Below are positions 1-10,772 of a stretch of DNA of 64,000 nt, piece by piece; the stretch's first letter is position 1, and every line of letters begins with the position of its first letter. Source of the stretch: Corallochytrium limacisporum Hawaii (Eukaryota; Protista; Pluriformea); the NCBI GenBank assembly GCA_002811645.1, contig PDIP01000006.1:1-64000 (forward strand), written 5' to 3'. The notes under the pieces were generated by a model. The model saw only the letters and a list, made by a program, of their open reading frames with translations. It did no database searches and was not told the origin of the DNA. The translations under genes were made by a program, and so were the position numbers.

Positions 1-81
1 GGGAGACGCGCACTTGGGGTCTGTCAGGGGAGACGCGCACTTGGGGTCTGTCAGGGGAGACGCGCACTTGGGGTCTGTCAG
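1..81. repeat. Tandem repeat, 3 perfect copies of 27-bp GGGAGACGCGCACTTGGGGTCTGTCAG, possibly truncated by the window edge
   Basis: Identical units at 1-27, 28-54 and 55-81 with no spacers. Confidence 0.95.
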
Positions 82-211
82 GGTATTTCCATATCGGAGT
101 CCTAAACTTGAGTAGAATCGTGAAAATAGTGACAGATCTAAAGATGTTTTACTGAATAATCACTATGAGAAACATAACGCAGTTGTAATTTGAAGTCTGG
201 AACTCACAGTC

Positions 212-2167
212 ATGGAGGCAGTGTTTGGCCCAAGTTACCATGACGTGTATCAGGAGCTTCAGATTCTCAAATCAAACTTTGAAAATGAGCGTCAAGCGTA
301 CGAGGAGAAGATTGACGCCCTCCTTAAGGCGATACAACACATGAACACGATTGGAGAATCTTCTGAAACATCTGACACTCAGAGGAAGCCAAATTTGTCT
401 TCGTCGACAGGACTGCGTCAGACTGAAAGTGACAATGGCATTACAGCGTTGCTGGCAGACAAGGAGCAGGGGATCCGCGGACTTGAGTCACAAATCTCCC
501 GGTTACGAAACGAGCTTGCAATGATCAATATCGATCTTACAGCGATGAGCTTAAATCCATCTGTGGCGGACGACGGGCTGGACGTTTCCTGCGAAGCTTT
601 TCGAGATAGATACAAACGGTTGCTAGGCATGATTATCGAGAGAGACACTGTCATAGGTAGGCTACAGCAAAAACTGAAGACGGCGGAGCAGAATGTAGAT
701 CAAGATCTCAATGGATGGAAGATCGAAGTAGCAGATCTTGAAACGAAATTGAGGCACAAGGAGGATGAGCTTCAGGAGCAGGAAGACAAACTTTCAAGAA
801 TCCAGCTTGAGAGAGAAGCAGAAAGTGTTCAAATGTTCGGTACTATCGGAAAACTGCAGGAGGAGATTAACGAGTTGAATTCCATTCAATATTCCGGAGA
901 CCCACTTAACGCATTCCGGGACAAGTATGCCATGCTTCTGCATCGTCATCAGCAACAGCAATCAGTTCTGCTTGACTTGCAGCGGATGACTTCAAGAATC
1001 GCGCAGCTCACTCAAAAGCTCAAGCAGGTGGAAACAAGGCAAACGGCTACCATAGAGCAACTTGAAACAGAGCAGGAGGCTCGCCGTGAACTTGAAAAGG
1101 CATTTAAAGACACTGTGCATGCATTGGACGAGGCCAGGGTCCAGTCATCAAATCGGAAGCAACTGTTGGATGCCCAGTCGGCCCAACACCATGCTGAATT
1201 AACAAGATTAACAATGGACCTTACCAATCGGATCAGGCAAGAACGGAAGCGGAGTGATGTTGTATGTGCAGACTCGCAATCGAAAATCGAAGCGCTCCAG
1301 GTACAGATTGAACAACAGCGAACAGAATGCTTTCCATTGCTATCCATAGCAGCACGCTTCGAAACCATGGTGAATGGCATTCGTGGATTACATCAGAGAT
1401 TGGAGACAGTAACAGAGGAAAGTAGAAAATTGGAGGAGATTCGGCTTGGTCTTGAACAGGGCTTCAACTCCAAGGCAGCCGATGTGCGCAGACTGACCGT
1501 TGAACTCGACGGCTTGCGACAGCATTTGCAGCAAATGGGGGAAGAAAGACAGGTTTCTGACAAGAAGTACAGAGGTCTCGTGAAGGAACTGCAAAGGGAG
1601 CTTAAGCGGGAGCAAACGAATTCTAAAGCAGGTGAGGCTAGAATCAGCCACATGCAAGAGACAATCAACCAATTGTCCACGGATATCAAAGCTCTGAAGG
1701 AGGAGCGTGCAAGAGCAAGTGCTATCACCGATGAGAAAGGCGAGATAGAGATAGGACCAGCTCTCGCGGAGATTCCCATACCGACGCGAGAATCTGAGGA
1801 AGACCTTGACACGGAGATGGCTCGTTTGATCAAACAGTTTTCTAATGTTCAAAGTGATAAGTGGATGCTTGAGGAACGCATCAAATTCCTCGAGGAAACA
1901 AACCAGGATCTTACACTCGACATTGAAAAGAAGGACAAAATTATCAAGGCTTGGGCTTTGACGAACGGTGCGGCAAGTACAACCAACACGAGCGACGGCA
2001 CTCTTGCCGGATTTAAAGGCCTTTTCGGTGGCGCCGGTAATGTTGGCGAGGAAGAAAAGCTCAGCGCTACTATTCAAGACCTGATGCTCAAGAATACCGA
2101 CCTTCAGAAGGACTTAGATGTCATGAGGCAAGAGATTGCAAGACTGTCAACGCCGTCGTTTTCATGA
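212..2167 (+). CDS. Long coiled-coil protein, GRIPAP1 (GRASP-1)-like C-terminus
   Basis: 651-aa heptad-rich ORF. C-terminal VQSDKWMLEERIKFLEE...DIEKKDKII and LVKELQRELKRE resemble conserved GRIPAP1 segments. Confidence 0.6.
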   Translation: MEAVFGPSYHDVYQELQILKSNFENERQAYEEKIDALLKAIQHMNTIGESSETSDTQRKPNLSSSTGLRQTESDNGITALLADKEQGIRGLESQISRLRNELAMINIDLTAMSLNPSVADDGLDVSCEAFRDRYKRLLGMIIERDTVIGRLQQKLKTAEQNVDQDLNGWKIEVADLETKLRHKEDELQEQEDKLSRIQLEREAESVQMFGTIGKLQEEINELNSIQYSGDPLNAFRDKYAMLLHRHQQQQSVLLDLQRMTSRIAQLTQKLKQVETRQTATIEQLETEQEARRELEKAFKDTVHALDEARVQSSNRKQLLDAQSAQHHAELTRLTMDLTNRIRQERKRSDVVCADSQSKIEALQVQIEQQRTECFPLLSIAARFETMVNGIRGLHQRLETVTEESRKLEEIRLGLEQGFNSKAADVRRLTVELDGLRQHLQQMGEERQVSDKKYRGLVKELQRELKREQTNSKAGEARISHMQETINQLSTDIKALKEERARASAITDEKGEIEIGPALAEIPIPTRESEEDLDTEMARLIKQFSNVQSDKWMLEERIKFLEETNQDLTLDIEKKDKIIKAWALTNGAASTTNTSDGTLAGFKGLFGGAGNVGEEEKLSATIQDLMLKNTDLQKDLDVMRQEIARLSTPSFS

Positions 2168-2273
2168 ACATTTTCATAAAATCTATCTATACGGATATAG
2201 CTTCAAAGTTGCATGGACTATCTAGTTCCGAGATTTTGCTTTACAAGTGCTGTACAGTGAGGCACGCTCATTT

Positions 2274-3590
2274 CTATTTTGACGGATCCCGTCCCTGGTA
2301 ATGGCGTAGCATATGCCCAGTTCGACCTAGGGATCGGCCACGAGCATTTGCGGTGTTTTGGATCCTACGTTGCTTGATCATTTGCTCATGTAAATTCCAA
2401 CGGCGCACGACCTCATGTGGATCCATATTTTGCTCGGCTTCTCGAATCTTGGATGCCAGTCGAGAGCGCTCTGATTGGTGCTCGTGTGTCTGCAAAACAT
2501 CCAGTTCAAAAGCCATAAAGTCATAGTAGTAGTGGAACGCAGACACAGGAATTTCATCCACTTCAGCACTAAAGTGTTCATACAAGGCTGTTCGGCATGC
2601 CTCCAACTCAGCTCCACGCACGGAAGTATGCGCACCTTTCGCAAGCTCTCGATCTCCAGACCATACCGATACCACATACACTGGGTAACGAGAATGGCGT
2701 CCACTCTCCTTCTCAATCACAGAGTGAGGTGGAACCAAACCCAACTCATCGCACAGTAGCCTGAGGGTTGCCATCGCATCGGCATATTTTGCCGTACTGA
2801 AGAGTGCCTCGCGATCGTTCAGTTCTTCAAAGTAGGTAGAGACCATGAAGTCATGGAGAAGCCTTGAACTTGGATCAGCAAGATTTAGAGCACCGACAAC
2901 GGCGACCATTGCTTTCTGACACTCAGCCTCGTAAGCAAGTCGACCCGCCGCATCATCTGGATTCGCAGCACCCAACAAGTGTTGCACAATTGGGGTCAAA
3001 CCTACCTTCTGCGACAACTTGTACTGCATTGGCGGTGAATTCAAGTAAATCACCAGTTCTTGCATCATTGGAGCCGGCAAGAAGGGATATCTGAAGAAGA
3101 TGTGGTGCGCAAGTGAATGCTCCAGAGCAGCCTGTCCGAGGACATTCAGACGCCCTGCCTGGGAGGTCAGAGAGTTGGTTGGATGGTACTGCCCACGACC
3201 CTGCCTTGGAACACGCGCTGCTAATGCATCATAGAGCATTACAGTCGCCTTAACTTCCGCTGCGATATCTCCATCCATTGCGACGGCATCCAGAGCACCT
3301 TCCTTGAGTGACTCTGGTAGGGGCAACCCCAATTTATTGGCAAGCGCAAAAAAATGAGCATGGAATTCATCCTTCCTATGCATTTTAAGCCGCCAGTAGT
3401 GTGGGATTGTACCCTGGTGATTGTATTTCAGGGTTGTACCACCCAATTCCTCCGTGGCAGCCTGCTTGTCGCTATCTGTTTTTATGTCCCTGCGAACGCA
3501 TGATACAGCAATGGAGCGCGTTTGGGCAATCGTACCCCTCGCTATCAGTATGCCATGGCCACGGCGACCGTGGCTGATCACCCGAAACAT
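2274..3590 (-). CDS. MRPL44: Mitochondrial ribosomal protein mL44 (RNase III-like domain + dsRBD)
   Basis: Arg-rich N-terminal presequence; degenerate RNase III region (RLNVLGQAAL...RYPFLP); dsRBD ESGRHSRYPVYVVSVWSG...GAELEA. First ATG at 3590. Confidence 0.75.
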   Translation of the reverse strand: MFRVISHGRRGHGILIARGTIAQTRSIAVSCVRRDIKTDSDKQAATEELGGTTLKYNHQGTIPHYWRLKMHRKDEFHAHFFALANKLGLPLPESLKEGALDAVAMDGDIAAEVKATVMLYDALAARVPRQGRGQYHPTNSLTSQAGRLNVLGQAALEHSLAHHIFFRYPFLPAPMMQELVIYLNSPPMQYKLSQKVGLTPIVQHLLGAANPDDAAGRLAYEAECQKAMVAVVGALNLADPSSRLLHDFMVSTYFEELNDREALFSTAKYADAMATLRLLCDELGLVPPHSVIEKESGRHSRYPVYVVSVWSGDRELAKGAHTSVRGAELEACRTALYEHFSAEVDEIPVSAFHYYYDFMAFELDVLQTHEHQSERSRLASKIREAEQNMDPHEVVRRWNLHEQMIKQRRIQNTANARGRSLGRTGHMLRHYQGRDPSK

Positions 3591-4570
3591 CACTGGTACT
3601 CCAACGTCTAATACAGAGCACGCTATCTCTCTTCAAGTCCCAGTTGTGCACATTATTGTGCGCAGTCCCTTGGATGTATTGGCCGATCTTGGTGTATGAA
3701 CTTTATGCACTGCTTTCAGGAATGTAAGTATGTTTAAGTACCGGGCTCGTAGGTCCAATAGAGCAGGTATACCCCAAATTAGTCTTAGTGGCTCTAAGAT
3801 GCTGACGAGACCACATAGTACTCGTTAACCCTTTGGACCAGCTGGCAATTCAGATCGGTCGTTCCGGAGGACACGCACGCCCCCCGGGCTCCCCGTGCAT
3901 GACCTCCGAATTGTGGCCCCTCGAGGCTTGGAAATGATCCCCTCCCCAGGCACCCATGTGACTCAGTTAACGCAGCGAATCGACACACTGGCACAGTGCC
4001 CCTCCTCCTGGCTCCGCAGCCAAAGCATTTCTTTTATTTAGGTCGTGTGCTTTTAGTGCGGAAACCCCACTTCCTTTGCCAATAATTTCCTCTGAGCTTC
4101 TTACCTGTTCCTTCGTTGCAGTATGGACTGGGATTATTTTTTTAATATGGGAAAGTATTTTTTAAATAGCTATCGCGGGTGTTTATTGATTTGTCGGGAT
4201 CCTCGACGACAAAACTAGAAAAAAAATAGCGTTTGCTCGAGCTGCGACATCTAACAACGGCTTTTGGGTGAAAAAAACTCAGATGTTTCCAAAACTCTTT
4301 TGATTAGTGTGGGTTTGCAGTCCTGACGGGCGGGGGCGGGTGCGCGCTGCTCGGCTTCGTGGGAATGGAGGTAGGATATGCATCGTGCGCAGCTTTTGCT
4401 TTGATTTTTATCTATTCAATCATAATCTGTTCAGTTGCGTAGGGATGAGTACCGATACGTGGTATTTCAGAAATGTAGAATACCCACTACTTGGATGCTT
4501 GAATGGTCTGAAATAGAGGATGATCCGCTTTCGCCGTTCGGACTGTTGATATCAAGCGGAGCTCGAAGAT

Positions 4571-6334
4571 ATGTCGGACTCGGACAGAACGGCATCTACA
4601 GACTTACCGAATATTGCCATGCATGATACCTTAACAGGCACCACTGGTGCTCCCAAGACACTGACACCATGGGACTATCAGACCATGGGCCCTTTCAGCG
4701 CCTATGACAGCATCGACTGGATGCCTGTACAAAGATGGCGGCGTTGTCCAGGTTATTACAATGTCAATGCTGCACATGATACTGGTTCCATCTTGATCCT
4801 ACTCAAAGTTTTCCTAAATGATCAGACAGGCAAAAGTCCGTTTGGTCAAGAATACGACAAATTCTACAATAGAAATCCAGACGAGAGACAGCATACATAC
4901 AAGTATGACTGGGGAAAGTGCATTCCTCTTGAGAAAGTCATCATGGATCGACTAGCAATGCTATCTTTCTTGCAGCAGCCACGTCTGGTGCGATCCAGCT
5001 TCTATGTGATCGAGCCATGGCCACATGTGGGTGTGAACCCTGCAACTCAACAGCCGGTGCGGGCATCCAAGAATGTCGCCTATATCCTGCAGAAGGTCTG
5101 CGATGCAGATACAGTACTGATCCCCATCTGGCATACTGGTGTATGGGACGCCGATGAAATAGCATACACGGTCAGCACCGGTGTCGCAACCATCTTTGAA
5201 GGTGGTGACGGGGCTTCTTACGATCCCTCATCTTTCACCTATCCGAATTGCCCACTTGACCACATTTTGCAAATGGCTGAACAGCTCATTATACATCGTG
5301 CTCCAGCCGGATCGCCTACAATTTTCCTATGCTTGGGCCATCAGGTATGTGCAGAAGCCCACATCCGACTACTGCGTCGGGCTGCTGCGGAGGTTGACCA
5401 TCTGCAGCCTCGCAATAAGACAGATCCCCTGGCGCGAGCTTTGAATCGCTTGAAACCAGTCTTGGGCCTCATTAAATATGTTGGTGAAAACCTCGAGATC
5501 AAAAAGGGATTGGGTGGCGATCTCAAGACCGTGGCAACTGGCTGGGAGGATCCCCAGTTTGCTAATTCAAAGAATGAGATGGCTGAGATGGGAGTTGTAA
5601 ATCTTCACCCTTATGTTGCACCACAAGACAGGCCAACCTTCGTGATGAACCTGCGAAAGAAGATGAAGGAGACTCCTGTACACAACGAATCGTTTGAATC
5701 CACTCCCCATGGCACAAAGCGAGACCAGAATGGTAAGCCACTGCGTCGAAGTAGCATGGGAGGTGAGTACATTAAAAACATGCGCAAACGGGACAGTGAT
5801 AGTGAGCACCCGCTTACGTTCATGAGCAATGACTCGTGGATGCATCATATACCAGAGGAGCTTGTTGCCGCACACGATTTGACGGTGGATGAATTCAGTG
5901 GTGTCCTGGAAGAGATGATGGAGTATCAGCCAGAGGTGAGCATATCCATGTTCCACATCGAAGAAGTGAACGAGGAAGCCATCCTGTTCGCAAACTGGGC
6001 TTACCGCAAGATTCATGATACTATTGTCCCTTATCGCCACCTGATCGCTGGGTCGCCCCTTTCTTGGCTTTTACGACTGCCTTATGCAGTGCGTATCCTG
6101 GCATCGACTAGATATGCGGATCATTATATCACAGAAGCGGCCGCGACGTGCATCAACTACAAGGATTATGAGACGGGAAAGATTCACCGTTCCTTCACGT
6201 GTCAATTCCACCCGGAATTGCTAGACGATCTGCGAGATATCAGCTCTCGGGATGATGTCTCTTACAGCAAGCTTAAGAAAGACAACGGGGCCCGACTCTT
6301 TTGCCGACTGATTTATGCCTGCCTCAATGAATGA
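4571..6334 (+). CDS. Class I glutamine amidotransferase-like protein of unknown function
   Basis: 587 aa. Nucleophile elbow FLCLGHQ, oxyanion-strand-like FEGG, C-terminal CQFHPE (Cys-His-Glu triad). Confidence 0.75.
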   Translation: MSDSDRTASTDLPNIAMHDTLTGTTGAPKTLTPWDYQTMGPFSAYDSIDWMPVQRWRRCPGYYNVNAAHDTGSILILLKVFLNDQTGKSPFGQEYDKFYNRNPDERQHTYKYDWGKCIPLEKVIMDRLAMLSFLQQPRLVRSSFYVIEPWPHVGVNPATQQPVRASKNVAYILQKVCDADTVLIPIWHTGVWDADEIAYTVSTGVATIFEGGDGASYDPSSFTYPNCPLDHILQMAEQLIIHRAPAGSPTIFLCLGHQVCAEAHIRLLRRAAAEVDHLQPRNKTDPLARALNRLKPVLGLIKYVGENLEIKKGLGGDLKTVATGWEDPQFANSKNEMAEMGVVNLHPYVAPQDRPTFVMNLRKKMKETPVHNESFESTPHGTKRDQNGKPLRRSSMGGEYIKNMRKRDSDSEHPLTFMSNDSWMHHIPEELVAAHDLTVDEFSGVLEEMMEYQPEVSISMFHIEEVNEEAILFANWAYRKIHDTIVPYRHLIAGSPLSWLLRLPYAVRILASTRYADHYITEAAATCINYKDYETGKIHRSFTCQFHPELLDDLRDISSRDDVSYSKLKKDNGARLFCRLIYACLNE

Positions 6335-6357
6335 TTGGGGTATACACATACAACTAC

Positions 6358-6744
6358 CTAGTGCTCTATTCCTTCTAGATATTCCTTAAAGTTGTGTCCA
6401 TGTTTTAGATAACTGCCAGTTCCCATAGTCTGAGCAGCGGATTTTTGCGCTGATCCTTGCACAGAAAGCTCCCCAAATTTTCCCACTTCCACTACCGGGC
6501 ACATAAAAAAGTCTTGCAATTGCTCGACAACCATTCCATTCTTTATCTGAATTTTCTCTCCTATTGTGACTCGGCGGATCTGCTCTTCGCCCACCAGTCG
6601 CAAAACAAAGACATGTGAACCGCTGGAAACCAAAACCTCCTTGATTTCAACCGCTACTTTATCATTTGTCGCCGCCAGCGTTGTCAATTCCCGCTGCACG
6701 TCACAGACCGTGCTGACTGTCCTACCCTCTGTATACTCTTGCAT
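6358..6744 (-). CDS. Small hypothetical protein, possible OB-fold
   Basis: 128-aa ATG ORF with a beta-rich pattern (VAVEIKEV...LRLVGEE...IGEKIQIKNG...VEVGKFGEL); converges on the GATase gene. Confidence 0.5.
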   Translation of the reverse strand: MQEYTEGRTVSTVCDVQRELTTLAATNDKVAVEIKEVLVSSGSHVFVLRLVGEEQIRRVTIGEKIQIKNGMVVEQLQDFFMCPVVEVGKFGELSVQGSAQKSAAQTMGTGSYLKHGHNFKEYLEGIEH

Positions 6745-7110
6745 GGCTCATCACTAAACGCCCTGCTAGACCATACCGATTCCAATGTTGTGTGAACTTG
6801 TGTGGCACTCACCTGGGAAATAGCTTCTGTGTCCAAGGCATACGATGACAGAAAGCGACACTGTTGTTCTATTGCTGGCGGAGTCATTCGGGAATCACTT
6901 CCTGGTATTCAACCCGGCCCCCCTGTACAGAAGCAGATCGTTGCGAGTTTCAGGAAGACAAAACCGTACCCGGGGGGGGGGAGGGGAGGGAGAAGATCGG
7001 CGGCAAGTGCAGAATCCAGCGTAATGATACAGAAATTGACATTGTATTGACGTTGAGATCGTGTAGGTGTCCTCGCAGACAGCAAGCATTCGATCACACA
7101 CAAGTGATCC

Positions 7111-8901
7111 TTAATCCAGGCCAACAACGTTCTCGAGAATAGCGACCAGGGCGATGGAAATCGGGAAGAGAGACAAAATGAAGAGACCATCCAGAATGGT
7201 TTGGGTGCGCTTCATTGCCATGCCCGTCATCACGAGTTCCACAAAAATAATGGCGATCGTTTCAGCGGAGAACTCCCAGGCAAGGTTCCGCACAAAAACC
7301 AAGATCAAGAAGATAGCTAACACGAACGTATTGTTCATGATGGCAGCACCTTCCAGAGCCGAGAAGGCAATAGTGATGGTCTTCGTGGTTTTCTTCAGGG
7401 CGTAGTTATAGGACGCGAGCAATTCAGACGCATTGGATGCCAATGGAGCCAGCACAAAGGAGATATAGAAACCAGGAATGCCGATGCGCTCGCCAATTTC
7501 GGACAGGACGTCAACCATAGGGTCAGAGAATAAGAGAACCAACACAGTTCCAAGGCCCATCATATAGAAGGCCCGCTTTTTCACATTGGCCAGTTGCTGT
7601 TCGGGATCTTCATGCTTGAGGTCATCTGGGACTTCCTCCTCCTCCTCCTCTTCTTCCTCGTTATCTTCGATCACTGCACTGTTGTTCTCACTCGGGCCAT
7701 GGTAGCTGAAATCCACAGCGCGGAGGGCATTCTGTGCTCCCTGTTGACCACGAGCACGAATGAACGCGGGCATCTGCGAGGCAAACTCCTCGAAGTCAAT
7801 TTGGCCGTTGTTGTCCGTGTCCATCTCACGAATGAGCTTTTCCAGTGTTTCGTTGTCAACCATTTCTCCTAGATCCCGCATGAGCATGCTAAACTCCTTC
7901 CGGTCAATGCAACCATTGCGATCATAGTCGTAACGGTTAAAGAAGGTTCTCAGGAAAGAGCGAAGGCGTTGCTTGGCCTTGGGGTCGGCCAGTAAGGCAG
8001 TGTCCTCGGTGGCTGCCATCTTCTGGAGGTCATCGTAGAACGCAGCACTTAGGTTGATGACGTGCTTGTTGATGGCATTTTGCTTGATCTGATCAACAAA
8101 TTCTTCATCTTCAGGACGGACAGCCTGGTACCAAAGGTTACCACCGAAAAACCCAAGGCACACAATCAGGCCGAAGAAAGCCCACCATCTCTCGAATTTG
8201 GCTGCCTTTTCGGTGTTTGGGGGAGTATCGTTAATCTTGGTGTACGCACCCGACAAGAACGCAGGAACCTGAATTACGAGATAGGTCAACATCGTGATCA
8301 ACATGATTATCGCAGACATGCGGACAGAGGCCTTAGCCTCCACACCAGTTCCGGTCAAACTCATATTGTTCGGAGGCATCAACTTCGACCAATTGCGGCC
8401 TGCACCCGGCGGTCGACGATAGGTCGCCCGACCATTGGTAATATTCACACGACCAGCAAAAATACTAAGGAACCAGGGAACAGTTAGCAACATGATGGTG
8501 CTACCCGCCAGGGCACCGACACCGATAGATAGCTGTTCTTGTGCGTCAGGTCCAAGGCCAGAGAACAGGACAATCGCACCATCGGGAACAGCACCCAGAA
8601 CGGGAAGTACAATCGATCCAACAATATGCCGCAGGCTTGGTACAAGTAGCAATAATTCGGAGCCTTCAGAAATCAAGTTGCTCGCATTGAATAGAACGTA
8701 ACCGTAGGCAAACAGCAGGAAGAGAACTTGAACGAAGCCCTCGAAGGCATTGCTGTCGCAACCAAAATCTTCCTTTACCTCCTCGGGAAGACCATAAGTG
8801 GTTTTATGCCCTTGAATGGCAACATTACAGACCTCGTGCCACACCTTACCACCGGGCAAGTGGCTTGGTGTAACAAAGAGCTTTCCCAAGATCTCACCCA
8901 T
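7111..8901 (-). CDS. EF-hand-containing Ca2+/cation exchanger (NCL/EFCAX family, CaCA superfamily)
   Basis: Two hydrophobic halves with alpha-repeats (LGAVPDG, GALAGSTI; PLASNASE, AIMNNT). Central EF-hand pair DYDRNGCIDRKE and DTDNNGQIDFEE, then an acidic tract. Confidence 0.9.
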   Translation of the reverse strand: MGEILGKLFVTPSHLPGGKVWHEVCNVAIQGHKTTYGLPEEVKEDFGCDSNAFEGFVQVLFLLFAYGYVLFNASNLISEGSELLLLVPSLRHIVGSIVLPVLGAVPDGAIVLFSGLGPDAQEQLSIGVGALAGSTIMLLTVPWFLSIFAGRVNITNGRATYRRPPGAGRNWSKLMPPNNMSLTGTGVEAKASVRMSAIIMLITMLTYLVIQVPAFLSGAYTKINDTPPNTEKAAKFERWWAFFGLIVCLGFFGGNLWYQAVRPEDEEFVDQIKQNAINKHVINLSAAFYDDLQKMAATEDTALLADPKAKQRLRSFLRTFFNRYDYDRNGCIDRKEFSMLMRDLGEMVDNETLEKLIREMDTDNNGQIDFEEFASQMPAFIRARGQQGAQNALRAVDFSYHGPSENNSAVIEDNEEEEEEEEEVPDDLKHEDPEQQLANVKKRAFYMMGLGTVLVLLFSDPMVDVLSEIGERIGIPGFYISFVLAPLASNASELLASYNYALKKTTKTITIAFSALEGAAIMNNTFVLAIFLILVFVRNLAWEFSAETIAIIFVELVMTGMAMKRTQTILDGLFILSLFPISIALVAILENVVGLD

Positions 8902-10772
8902 AGTGACTGTGTGATGTGCTCAATATTGGGACTGAGGAGCAAACGCTTTTCATCAAAGATTCATCTTTCACTTCTCATCTTGAGTAGCTTAAAGCTGGCC
9001 ATGTAGACATATCTGCGAAGCCCTTAGGACTTGCCTGTAAAAGCATCTGAAGCCGTGAACCACCAATGCCCAGCACTTTCCTGCAGGCGGAAAGTCGATA
9101 AAGCGACTGCTAAGTATAATGTCTTCGCGGCTATTCAGAAGCTGCCCTCTAACCCTCACGATTGTGGGGTCCATAGTTAGCCTTCTTCCCGCCCTTGAAC
9201 GGAATTGTAGAATGGAAAAGCCAAAACATTCCTTTGCTTATTCCTTAGCTTCGATGTTCTCTGGTGTACAAGGGAAAGAAGGGACACAACTATGCATGCC
9301 TTGCTGCAATGTTGCGTACGATGTCTTATAGTATCATGTAGAATAGTACTTGATTGCTTTCGTGGAAAGTACGAGCCTTTGGTTCAGGTATATATTGGAG
9401 TTAATATCAGTTCTTGCAATCAAAGATTAAATTCCGTCCGTTCGGACGAGTGACGAAGTTTGGTCCTTTGCCATTTCGTTGGCTCCCGTGGGTCGATGTT
9501 GAGGTTACTTTGCCATCCACTGTACCACGGATCCTCGAGTAGTTCTTTGAGTGCGATGACTGCACTCTATTCGAAACTATTCCTTTCATGGGTTCCAAAA
9601 TCTGATAGAAGATGCGACTCGCACAGTCTCGCACCCCACATACAGTTGTTTGCGGCATAGATCTTGCACAGTTCGTCGAGATGCACTGCTATGGTGAGAA
9701 TCCATCGCTGATATCTAAGGTGCCGCCGACACCGAACAAATTGAAAATCGCTGGGCTCGGAAAATTCATGGCTACTTACACTGGCTCACTTCTGCCACTC
9801 ACACTTTTGATAGTGGTACACTGGCAGCGCGGAATGCTTTTGAGCGAAACCGCACGAAAGATTGATCCTATACCGCTCCCTAATATAGAAAGTGAGCACG
9901 GGTACAGAGAGGTGCGCGATTCATTTGTGTGCTTACAAGTGTGTAGCGTTCGCTTATGGTTCCGGCAAGTGTACGAGTTACATCAACCGAAATGATTCCC
10001 CTGGAGGCAAACTTTTCTCGGTGGATGCGCCATAATTGCCAGGCCCCCCCCTTCCCCCTTTGCAAGTTAAGCTGGCGTGAATGCGGAATATGGGCGTGGC
10101 ACACCCGGCCTCTCCTGCCCAGGTACTAGCCGAGAGTATGACTGGTTACTGCAGGTGCTAAAACTTAATGTACCAAGAAAAATTGATGATATTGGTAAAT
10201 CCTCTGCCTCGTTTGTGACTTCCTTCGTAGTAATTCTCGTCCCTTCAATACACACTGGCTTTTGCGTCGCTATTGTTGTACAGCTGGAACGGGAACGGGG
10301 GACGAGACTATACGGTTTACGTAAAATTTACTACGGAGACCGACCACCATAGTGAATAGACTGGATCCAGGGCCCAACCAAACTCGTCCTCTGATTGGCT
10401 GATTTTTCGTTTCCAACTCGTCTACTGTACGCAGAAGCAGCGAAGGGAGAAGGACGGCCAAGGGGGGGAGGTGGGCGTGAGCAAGGGACCCAACCCAATA
10501 CTGCTTTTTACCGGGCCATACGCTCGCCGGGGAGGGTCGCTCGTAACCTGGGACTTGCTTGGTCTCAGTCCGCTGCGGCGCTTTCTCAACGAAGGTACTT
10601 TGGGCCAATTTGGTCTCCTAGAAGGATAGGGAAACGCAGTTTGCACTCTAAAAGCAAACGGCTCAGTTAAACGACATCCTTGACCGCGCACCTGGAATAC
10701 TGAGAGATGTGAGGTGTGGGCGATACGGACGGACAAATTGACCAACGGTGAGATTCTGGTCGAACGCAGAAT

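Noticed and set aside
1-81. CRISPR array
   Set aside because: Repeats are head-to-tail with no spacers, no cas genes, eukaryotic context
9000-10700. Short ORFs between the NCL and GIT genes
   Set aside because: No recognisable domains; consistent with a divergent promoter/UTR region
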